Below are positions 9,706-17,994 of a stretch of 64,000 nucleotides of DNA, one piece after another. Position numbers and translations under genes: made by a program. The notes under the pieces were generated by a model. The model made no database searches and had not been told where the DNA came from. It was given only the letters and a program-made list of their open reading frames with translations. The stretch is from an uncultured Verrucomicrobiae bacterium (GTDB taxonomy: Bacteria > Verrucomicrobiota > Verrucomicrobiia > Chthoniobacterales > UBA10450): NCBI GenBank assembly GCA_963801815.1, contig CAWDGJ010000007.1, forward strand, positions 207,700 through 271,699. Direction: 5' to 3'. Within the stretch, counting starts at the first letter, position 1. The number at the start of each line of letters is the position of its first letter.

Positions 9706-10740
9706 CTAAACTTTAACAACGTCGGGCTCACAATAAAGCGTATCGGCATTCGACGGACTAATTTCCGTGACGGTTGTCTGGCTCGCCACTGGTCCCCTGC
9801 TTCGCTCGATCCTCGAAAACAGAGTGTAGCGCTTGTCGAAAATGAATTGGAAAAGCAGACGCGTCCACGAGGAGTGAAACTTCAGGTTATCGTAGAACTC
9901 CGGCGCCATTGCCTTGAGTTTCGGCAAATTATTCCAGGGAATCGACGGCAGATCGTGGTGCTCGTTGTGGTAACCCATGTTCAGGCATAGCCGGTTGATC
10001 GGGCCGTAGTAGCTGTAGGTCTCCTGGTCCGGATCGTTTGTGTAATGCTCCTGGATCCAGCGGGCACCTACCGGATGCAGACCGATCGAGAAGAAAAACG
10101 AAAACACGAGGTAGAGAAATCCTGGCCCACCCAAAGAAATAGACTACGATGCGACATCGTAGATCGCCGCGCATACCAGATTGAGCACGAACCAGCGGTC
10201 GCGCATCGTAATCGCCTTTAAGCGCGGCGGCCGGGTCAGCTGAAAAACAGGAAAGAACATCAACCAAAGCGCTTTCCGGTACCAATTGTTGCCGACCAGC
10301 CGCGCCTCCCAGTGGTTGGCGAGATCGGCATCGTGTTCGTAATCGCCTTGGTGCGAATGATGTTTCAGATGATAAACACGGAAACCCATCGCCCCGGCAG
10401 TCAGATTCGGCAGATCGGCCAGGATCGCGACCAGGATGTTCCAGCTTTTTCGCCGGAAGATCAGATTATGCGTCGCGTCGTGGATGATGACGTAGTTGGC
10501 ATGATCGGCGAAGGCGCCGACGAAATAGGCAATCAGAAAACTGAGCCACCAATAGTGGAATCCGAGCCTGCCCATCAGATAGGCGATTGACGTTTGCAAA
10601 ACGACGATCCCAAGAGCGATCGCAGCCGTCCGAGGATTGCGCACCATTAATTGGCGGATCTCCGGGTGAGCTTTGAGCAGCGCCCGAGCCCGACTGGGGT
10701 GAGGCTGATCAACTTCAGACTGGTAAAAAGCCGTGCGCAT
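9706..10740 (-). CDS. Sphingolipid delta-4 desaturase/C4-hydroxylase (DEGS/DES1)-like membrane desaturase (frameshift near 10140)
   Basis: [21 protein letters not shown] (Lipid_DES-like N-terminus), HDATH, [22 protein letters not shown]...[10 protein letters not shown]. Confidence 0.85.
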
Positions 10741-10802
10741 TAGCGTGGATTTTAATTCTAAGGGAGCATCGGACCCATTTCAACGCTTTGAGAAAAGGTG
10801 GA

Positions 10803-11510
10803 TCAACGGCCAAAGCGGAGGCTCCACGGCCTGAGCACAGACTCAAAAATGACCTTGCGCGACATTTTTGATTGGCCCTCGTGCCGATCGACAAAGGTAA
10901 TCGGAAGTTCCGTGATCCGCAGACCAGCGCGTTGCGCGCGAAAGGTCGTTTCAACCAGAAAAGCATAGCCCTCTGCCGCAATCGGAGTTTCGAGAAGAAT
11001 CTGTAAGGCGCGACGAGTGTAACACCGAAAACCACTCGTGCTGTCGCGCACGGTTAGGCCGGTAATGACACGGACGTATGCATTGGCAAACCGGCTGAGC
11101 AATCGGCGCCGCAACGGCCAATTCGCAACACGACCTCCAGGGCAGTAGCGCGATCCAATAACAACATCGGAGTCGCGCGCCGCGTTCGTTAGCATCATTA
11201 TCACCGCGGGATCGTGCGAAAAATCGGCATCCAACTGAACGAGCCGCGCATAATCCCGCTCCATAGCGAACCGGTAACCATCGATCAAACTGCGGCCGTA
11301 GCCGCGCTCTGCAATTCGACGAAGGACCGAGAAACGTGGATTCGCGCCAAACAACTTCTCGGCGTAGTCGGCCGTTTTGTCCGGCGAAGAATCATCGACC
11401 ACCAAAACGTCGCTGGTTGGTGCGACCTTCAACAATTCAGGAATGAGCGCCGCGACATTTTCGCGCTCGTTGTAAGTCGGGACAACAATGAGCGTGCGGT
11501 CAGCATCCAT
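10803..11510 (-). CDS. Polyprenol monophosphomannose synthase-like GT2 (DPM1/Ppm1 family)
   Basis: PTYNERENV, VDDSSPD, QLDADFSH, GSRY, DSTSGFR, PITFVDR...SKMS. Confidence 0.9.
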   Translation of the reverse strand: MDADRTLIVVPTYNERENVAALIPELLKVAPTSDVLVVDDSSPDKTADYAEKLFGANPRFSVLRRIAERGYGRSLIDGYRFAMERDYARLVQLDADFSHDPAVIMMLTNAARDSDVVIGSRYCPGGRVANWPLRRRLLSRFANAYVRVITGLTVRDSTSGFRCYTRRALQILLETPIAAEGYAFLVETTFRAQRAGLRITELPITFVDRHEGQSKMSRKVIFESVLRPWSLRFGR

Positions 11511-11564
11511 TAACTAAGAAAAACAAATTTAGATGTAGATCGCACCAGCAAAAGCCGGCCGACG

Positions 11565-12398
11565 TTAGCGCTTGCCTATAGCGAGCCAGGGCATGCCGCG
11601 ATAGGAATCTGCCACGACCCAGGCGCCGGCCGTAAGCCCACAAGTGACCACGAACTCCCCCCATTGGAAGGCGCTGATGTGCCCGGCCGCCACGATGGGT
11701 AGCCACACCAGCGGTATGAACAAGCCTATCTGACACGCCGAGAGCGCGGCTGCCAGCCGTGCACACACGCCGATGAGCACCGCCATACCCGCCCCGATAA
11801 ATGTCCCGCCAGTGAAATACGCCCAAAACAGATGCCCCGGCAGCCAGGCAGGCACCAGCACGACGGTTTGTTTGACGTAGGTGAAATGGCCTACGCCGAA
11901 GAAGATCAAAGCGAGGCCGTAGAGCACCCTCGCGATGCGCACTCCACTGTCGCCCGTGCCGAAACCGAAGCGCCGCCTGTCCCACTCACTGGCGAACCAA
12001 GCATACAGCACCCAGGCCCCCGCCACCATCACGGCGGTCTCAGCACAGCCATACCAGGAACCTACCACAGCGGGCGCAGGGAAGACCTCGGGCACTCTTA
12101 AAAGCAGCAACCAAAGCAGTAACCAAGCGAGCAGCACGCGGGCAGCTGTGGCAGCTGTGCGCTGCCAGAGTAGGCCCAGGCCTGACCCCAAGGAAATAAG
12201 AGCGCACAGATAGACCAAGACCTCGCGTGCCGGCACAACCTTGGGCACCGGCGCCCACACCGGGGTGAAATCGCCTTTGCTCAGGCCGAGAATTCCGAGC
12301 GCGATCATGGTCGCAGCAAAAACCACATGGCCCACGCTTGCGATGCGCATTGCCCCCTTATCCGCGGTATTCGAGTTGGTTTGTTGCGTTTGTTCCAT
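11565..12398 (-). CDS. DoxX-like integral membrane protein (internally duplicated)
   Basis: About eight TM helices; FGVGHF...[16 protein letters not shown] pattern. Confidence 0.65.
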   Translation of the reverse strand: MEQTQQTNSNTADKGAMRIASVGHVVFAATMIALGILGLSKGDFTPVWAPVPKVVPAREVLVYLCALISLGSGLGLLWQRTAATAARVLLAWLLLWLLLLRVPEVFPAPAVVGSWYGCAETAVMVAGAWVLYAWFASEWDRRRFGFGTGDSGVRIARVLYGLALIFFGVGHFTYVKQTVVLVPAWLPGHLFWAYFTGGTFIGAGMAVLIGVCARLAAALSACQIGLFIPLVWLPIVAAGHISAFQWGEFVVTCGLTAGAWVVADSYRGMPWLAIGKR

Positions 12399-12532
12399 TG
12401 CAAAACAGCGGCCTAACGACAATCAGACGGCAGCTTGCAGTTCATTTCCACGCTCGTCGAGACAAACGTACCGAAAGACACTGCGACATTCTAAAACGTT
12501 ACGCATTTTGCAGCTGGCACGTTTCACGAGTG

Positions 12533-12608
12533 TGGCGACCCTAACGGGATTCGAACCCGTGTTACCGCCGTGAAAGGGCGATGTCCTAGGCCTCTAGACG
12601 ATAGGGTC
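12533..12608 (-). tRNA. tRNA-Glu (TTC)
   Basis: Reverse complement GACCCTATCGTCTAGAGGCCTAGGACATCGCCCTTTCACGGCGGTAACACGGGTTCGAATCCCGTTAGGGTCGCCA; cloverleaf, TTCGAAT T-loop, encoded CCA. Confidence 0.97.
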
Positions 12609-12662
12609 AACGAAGTCGCCCAATATTCCATTCGTTCGCGACAAGGCAACCTGCTGCGTTTT

Positions 12663-13952
12663 TCAGGCGGCCGTCGCAAGATCGAGAATCAACTTTGCCG
12701 TGCGCGCGGTAGCGCCACGGTGGGCTTCCAGCACCTGACCCGCGTTCGCTACCATCCTTTCGCGTTCCTCGGGATTGGCCAACAGGTGGGTCATTGCCCG
12801 CTTCAATTCGGTTGTCGAACTAATTTCAACGGCTCCTCCGTTCGCAATGAGTGAACTCGCCAATGCGGAAAAATTTTCCATGTGCGGACCAAACAAAACC
12901 GGTTTGCCTGCGAGGATGGCTTCCGCCGGATTCTGCCCCCCTCGGGCCAGCAAACTCTTGCCAACGAACACCAGCGTGGCTGCGGGATACCAGTGCGGCA
13001 ACTCACCTGTGGTATCGATCAATAAACAATTGAGAAACGGATCAACCGCCGCTGACTGACTGCGCAACGCAACTTGGAACCCCATTTCTTTGAGCTCGCG
13101 TGCAACCTCGGCCGTGCGCTCGGTATGACGCGGCGCCAAAACCAGCAGAAGTTCCACGAAGTCCCGGCGCAGGGCGCGGAACACTTCACCCAGAACTTTC
13201 TCCTCGCCCGGATGGGTGCTTCCTCCGAAGATCACCGTGCGATTTTCAACTCCAAAGCCGGTGAGAACCGTGCGCGCCAGTTTTGGATCGATCCGCATGT
13301 CTTCCGGATCGTACTTAATGCTGCCACAGTGGCGGATTCTGGATGCATTAACCCCGAGCCTTTTCCATTTCTCCACGTCTTCGGCGTTTTGAACGCAAAC
13401 CAGGTCGAGAAGCCGAAAGGTTGGCGCGACAAACCGGCGAAACATTTGAAAACGTTTCTCTGATCGCGGCGACAGACGGGCATTGACGAGCGCGATCGGA
13501 ATTTTCCGCGCGTTCGCTTCGGCAACCATGTTTGGCCACACTTCCGCTTCCACCAGGATAATCTTGCTCGGGTTAATCGCCGCAAACGCGCGCCGCATGA
13601 TCGGCCAAAAATCGAGCGGACTGTACATCACTTCGATCCAGTCGAGTGCATTGCGATTTGCGAACGCGAACCCAGTGGTGGTCGTCGTGGTGAGGACGAA
13701 ATGCTGATCCGCTTGCAATGCCCGAATCTGTCTCGCCAGCTTCAGCGCAATCATCACTTCGCCGACACTGACCGCGTGTAACCAGATCGGGTTTTTCCAG
13801 TACAACAACGCACGCGAGCGGGGATCGTAAATTCCGAGGCGCTCACCAAACTTCTCGCGGTAGCCACCGCGCCGAAACATTTTGACAAGATACCCCGGGA
13901 GAAAAAGCAACAGCCCGAACGGCCAAAGCAGATTGTAGATAAAGCGGATCAT
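12663..13952 (-). CDS. waaA: 3-deoxy-D-manno-octulosonic acid (Kdo) transferase
   Basis: IWLHAVSVGE, EAEVWPN, NARLS, GSTHPGEE, PRH, GGQNPAE. Confidence 0.93.
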   Translation of the reverse strand: MIRFIYNLLWPFGLLLFLPGYLVKMFRRGGYREKFGERLGIYDPRSRALLYWKNPIWLHAVSVGEVMIALKLARQIRALQADQHFVLTTTTTTGFAFANRNALDWIEVMYSPLDFWPIMRRAFAAINPSKIILVEAEVWPNMVAEANARKIPIALVNARLSPRSEKRFQMFRRFVAPTFRLLDLVCVQNAEDVEKWKRLGVNASRIRHCGSIKYDPEDMRIDPKLARTVLTGFGVENRTVIFGGSTHPGEEKVLGEVFRALRRDFVELLLVLAPRHTERTAEVARELKEMGFQVALRSQSAAVDPFLNCLLIDTTGELPHWYPAATLVFVGKSLLARGGQNPAEAILAGKPVLFGPHMENFSALASSLIANGGAVEISSTTELKRAMTHLLANPEERERMVANAGQVLEAHRGATARTAKLILDLATAA

Positions 13953-14545
13953 TCGATTGCGGATACCGAGTCCGAGCCGGACTGGCATTCTCGGATGCCG
14001 GATAGAAAGAGCACTTCAGTTGCTCCGTATGCTTTCTGACGCAACAATTTCCAAAATTTCGTTTCCGGGATCTTTTCACCCGGACATTTTTCTAAAACGA
14101 AGAGCCCGTCTCGTTCCAGCAATTGCGGGAGGGCCGGATCGCTTAAGAGTTTGTCAGTGAAAGATTCGCCCGATTTCATTTTCTGGTAAGGCGGATCGGC
14201 AAAAATGACCCGGAATGTCTCGCCAGATGTCGAAGCGGTTTTCAGAAAACGAAAAACATCCGCGTTTCGAATACGTCCTGAAAGTCTCGTCTTTGTCAGA
14301 TTTTTTTCGATCGCGGCGATCGATTGTCGATCTTCTTCAACAAAAAGTGCGGACCCTGCGCCGCGACTCAGGGCTTCGATTCCCAGTGCGCCGGTCCCGG
14401 CAAATAAATCCAGGACATCAGCGTCTATGACTATCTCGCCGAGACTCGAAAAGATTGCTGCTTTCACCCGATCCATTGTTGGTCGAACGCCGCTTTTTGG
14501 TGCAACAAGCCGAACGCCGCCGGCGCGACCGGCGATTACTCTCAT
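13949..14545 (-). CDS. rsmD: 16S rRNA m2G966 methyltransferase
   Basis: MRVIAG, RPTMDRVK, DLFAGTGALGIEALSRGA, DPPY. Confidence 0.93.
   Translation of the reverse strand: MRVIAGRAGGVRLVAPKSGVRPTMDRVKAAIFSSLGEIVIDADVLDLFAGTGALGIEALSRGAGSALFVEEDRQSIAAIEKNLTKTRLSGRIRNADVFRFLKTASTSGETFRVIFADPPYQKMKSGESFTDKLLSDPALPQLLERDGLFVLEKCPGEKIPETKFWKLLRQKAYGATEVLFLSGIRECQSGSDSVSAIE
13969..13987. repeat. 19-bp palindromic mini-element, copy 1
   Basis: AGTCCGAGCCGGACTGGCA is the exact reverse complement of 63910-63928. Confidence 0.75.
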
Positions 14546-16092
14546 GGCGATCCGCTCGGACTCGGCGCAACCGGTGTTGCTGTTTCAGCGGGGCTTATTC
14601 CGCCCGGCGACTCTTCTTCGCTTGCCTGCGCCGCCTTTTTCTTTTTCGGCTTGTCGCCTTTGCCGCCGCCAAAAAAACTATTCACCAGATCTTTCAAATC
14701 ACGCCCGACGACTTTTTCGAGCAGATTTGTTTTTGGTTTTTCCAGAGTTCCAGCGACTTCGAAATCGACTGCGGAATAGCCCGGCTCGTCCGTGGGTTTA
14801 AAATTCGTCCGGACCGGCTTGAAAAGCTGGGACTTCACCTTGTCGTTGATCGCGAGCTGCGAATTTAAATGAAGCTTTCCTCGAAAGCTCACTGTCCCAG
14901 TCGCCGAAAGCCGAATGTTCGCCGAGCGCAAAACCAATTCGTCGATCATCACGGTACCTGGGGCGAGGTGAAACTTTGCCGTGGCCTGCTCAAGGTGGAG
15001 CTGCGTTAATTCTTCAATTTGAAAAATCTGACCGAGCGCGACCAACAAGCTGTATTGGCGAAGCTGGCCGTCGTGCAAAACGATTTCCCCGGTTCCATTT
15101 AATGCGTCCGAGTCCGTCGTTTTCCCGTCCACTTGCAGACTTCCCTCAAGTTTTCCCTGGAGAACGCCACCTGGCCCTCCCGCCTCGGTAATGACTTGAT
15201 CGGCTTGCACATTGCGAAATTTCATCTCGACATGAAACGGCGATTCCTCGGTCTCGGGCTGAATCGTGAAATGACCGGAAATATCCCCCCCGCCAACGTG
15301 CGCCCAGATCTGCGGGAGGTTGAGACCATTGTCATCGTAGCGAACGGGCGACTTCAATTCTTGGAGGAAGAGCCGATCACGGAGGGAGACTTTTTCTACC
15401 CTTACATTTCCGTGCAGAGCAGACGCGCTGGCCAGGCTCGCGCGAAACCAGACCCCTTCGAAATTTGCGACAAGCTGGCTGGAGCGATCGAGAAACCGAA
15501 AATTCCCGTCGATTAGACTGATCTTGTGAATCTCCGACGCGAATTCAGCAGCGGATTTTATTTCCTTTTCGGTGCGAATTGCCGGTGGGGTTATCGCCAC
15601 CGTGGGCGAGGCCGACGCAAGCGGTGAGGCGCTCTCCTCTTTATTTGAGGGAGTTTCGGCGGCCGGCGCTTCCGGCGGCTTTTTTTCAACGTGGCGTTGG
15701 GTACGCAGCTCCGGCAATCGCCATTTACCGGAGGCGTTTTGCGGCCAAACAACGTTCGGCCTGGTCAGTGAAACTTCTTTGAATACGAGACGCTTCGAGA
15801 AAAGAGAAAAGAATGCGATTCGAAGTCCGAAATTTTCCGCCTCCAGAAAATTGCCACCACTTCCGGCCGGCCCCTGCGCAATCGTAATGCCGCTGAGTTT
15901 AACGCCACTCCACGGCGTAACACTGATCCGCCCAACATTTAGGTTCGCTCTGAAACGCTGGCGAAGTTCACGCTGGATTCGGGCTTGTGTCCCTTGCGAT
16001 TGCACATACAAATTGACGCCGAGAAGAACGACTGCGCCGAGGATCAACAATCCCCCAACTAAAATCAGGATCAGACGGCCCAGTTTTTGCAC
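14542..16092 (-). CDS. AsmA-like protein (N-terminal TM anchor, AsmA-like C-terminus)
   Basis: N-terminal TM, beta-rich body, LSATGTVSF...VAGTLEKP C-terminal pattern. Confidence 0.7.
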   Translation of the reverse strand: MQKLGRLILILVGGLLILGAVVLLGVNLYVQSQGTQARIQRELRQRFRANLNVGRISVTPWSGVKLSGITIAQGPAGSGGNFLEAENFGLRIAFFSLFSKRLVFKEVSLTRPNVVWPQNASGKWRLPELRTQRHVEKKPPEAPAAETPSNKEESASPLASASPTVAITPPAIRTEKEIKSAAEFASEIHKISLIDGNFRFLDRSSQLVANFEGVWFRASLASASALHGNVRVEKVSLRDRLFLQELKSPVRYDDNGLNLPQIWAHVGGGDISGHFTIQPETEESPFHVEMKFRNVQADQVITEAGGPGGVLQGKLEGSLQVDGKTTDSDALNGTGEIVLHDGQLRQYSLLVALGQIFQIEELTQLHLEQATAKFHLAPGTVMIDELVLRSANIRLSATGTVSFRGKLHLNSQLAINDKVKSQLFKPVRTNFKPTDEPGYSAVDFEVAGTLEKPKTNLLEKVVGRDLKDLVNSFFGGGKGDKPKKKKAAQASEEESPGGISPAETATPVAPSPSGSP

Positions 16093-16147
16093 CGGAAGAC
16101 GTTACGCAAGCCATGTTTGAAGAAAAGATGAAAGCAGAACCGCTAAA

Positions 16148-17011
16148 GTGAGCAGTACGCTAATCATCCTGAATCCCGCGGCCCACTCCGAGCGCGCCCA
16201 GCGCAAGCAGGCACGGGTCGAGTCGCTGGCGCGAGATTCCGTCGTCTGCGTCACAACCTATACCGGCGAAGCCGAAGCCATGGCCCGACGCGGTGTGGAG
16301 GAAGGTTTCGAGAAAATTGTGGCTGCGGGTGGCGACGGCACGATCAACGAAGTGGTCAATGGACTCGCCGGCACTGGCACAACTCTCGGTCTTCTGCCCA
16401 TCGGCACGATGAATGTTTTCGCAACCGAACTGGGGTTGCCAGTCAACGATCTCGACCGTTGTTGGAGCATTGTGCAAGGCGAGAAAACACGCGCGGTGGA
16501 CCTGGCGAAGGCGAACCAGAAGTTTTTTGTTCAACTGGCCGGGGTCGGACTTGATGCTCAAGTGGTCAAGGAAACCAGCACGCAATTGAAACGAAACTTC
16601 GGGCCACTGAGTTATCTGATTTCGGCGGCCCAAATCGCGGCACGTCAGCCACCCAAATTATTTATTGAATCGGAGGACGCGTCGATTGACGAAGGTTCGT
16701 TCGTCTTGGTTGGCAACGGCCGCTTGTATGGCGGTCCGTTTCCATTCTTCAAACACGCTGCGCTAGACGATGGCCTCCTGGATGTGATCGTCTTTAAGCG
16801 CCTTGGCTATCTGGAAATCATCAAGTATCTCCAGGACGTTGTGTTTAGTTCCGAAATCCGCGTCCCGGAAATTGAATATTTTCAGACACGCCAGCTCCTA
16901 GTGAGAAGCGATCAAGCGGTGCCAGTGGAAGTCGATGGCGAGCTGGTTGGCAATTGCCCGGTGGAATTTCGTCTCCAGGAACGCTCGCTCCGGGTCCTGG
17001 TTCCGCGATAG
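16148..17011 (+). CDS. Diacylglycerol/sphingosine kinase family lipid kinase (YegS-like)
   Basis: NPAA, AAGGDGTINEV, PIGTMNVFA, GNGRLYGG, VDGE. Confidence 0.9.
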   Translation: MSSTLIILNPAAHSERAQRKQARVESLARDSVVCVTTYTGEAEAMARRGVEEGFEKIVAAGGDGTINEVVNGLAGTGTTLGLLPIGTMNVFATELGLPVNDLDRCWSIVQGEKTRAVDLAKANQKFFVQLAGVGLDAQVVKETSTQLKRNFGPLSYLISAAQIAARQPPKLFIESEDASIDEGSFVLVGNGRLYGGPFPFFKHAALDDGLLDVIVFKRLGYLEIIKYLQDVVFSSEIRVPEIEYFQTRQLLVRSDQAVPVEVDGELVGNCPVEFRLQERSLRVLVPR

Positions 17012-17084
17012 GATCGACACTCCGGGTGACGCCGGGTTCGTGAAATCTGCTGACAACAAAATCGCGTTGCGATACTCTCGTCTC

Positions 17085-17906
17085 GTGAGGTTGTCACGGG
17101 GAAAACAATCGGCCTTGGGGCGGCCGTGGACAAGAAGCCGGGACGTCGTCCTGCTTGCCCTGATCTGGGTAAATGTTGCCGCCTTCGTTGTTCAGCTGTT
17201 TCTCGAGGCAACAGCGCCGGGATTCATTCGGGATTATCTGACATTGAGCAATCGCGGGATGCGAGACGCTTATTCATGGCAGTTTATCACGGCAATGCTC
17301 CTTTACGGCAATCCCTGGCACTTCTTCGGAAACGTCATCGTCCTTTACATTCTGGGTCGCGACATCGAATCGATCCTCGGACAACGGCACTTTTTCTATT
17401 TGTTTTTGAGTGGCGCGATCGGAGGCGAACTCGGGCATCTCTTTTTGATGCCGTCCGAAACCGCTCTCTACGCCGCGACCGGCGGAGTCGCTGCGGTGTT
17501 GATCGCTTATGCCACAATCCTGCCTGAACTGGATCTGTTTGCCTGGCGTTCCAGATTTTTCTCGCTCCACCTAAACGCCACACATCTTGTTTACGCAGTG
17601 ACTTTCGTCAGTCTCGTGATGTTAATGGTGGATCGACACGGAGCCGTTATTCACAGTGCCATTCCCGGAGGTCTGGCGGCCGGCTGGCTTTACGCCAATT
17701 TGCTTGGTTTCGGACATCCGTCGTGGCTTCAGCGAAGATTGCGGAAACGCCGGGCAGCTGCCGAACGGTTGGAACGCCTGACGGGAGCTGAGTTCATCGA
17801 ACAGGCAGTCGACCCGCTGCTGGAAAAAATTTCGCGCCGCGGAATCCAAAGTTTAACCCGGGCTGAACGTCGAGTTCTGGCCCGGGCGCACGAAAAAGTC
17901 GGCTAA
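17085..17906 (+). CDS. Rhomboid family protein, catalytic residues apparently lost; short helical C-terminal domain
   Basis: WQFITAM, HFFGN; GxSG replaced by AATGG; VDPLLEKISRRGIQSLT tail. Start uncertain (GTG 17085). Confidence 0.75.
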   Translation: MRLSRGKQSALGRPWTRSRDVVLLALIWVNVAAFVVQLFLEATAPGFIRDYLTLSNRGMRDAYSWQFITAMLLYGNPWHFFGNVIVLYILGRDIESILGQRHFFYLFLSGAIGGELGHLFLMPSETALYAATGGVAAVLIAYATILPELDLFAWRSRFFSLHLNATHLVYAVTFVSLVMLMVDRHGAVIHSAIPGGLAAGWLYANLLGFGHPSWLQRRLRKRRAAAERLERLTGAEFIEQAVDPLLEKISRRGIQSLTRAERRVLARAHEKVG

Positions 17907-17994
17907 CGTTCGAGAACTCTGGAATTTCGACGGCGAACGGAGCCGTCCATGACCGAATTAGAAATTGTTGCGGTTTCGCGGCATCTTGCGCGCA

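Noticed and set aside
12423..12532. Prophage or integrative element att site at tRNA-Glu
   Set aside because: No integrase, phage genes or duplicated tRNA 3' end within the window.
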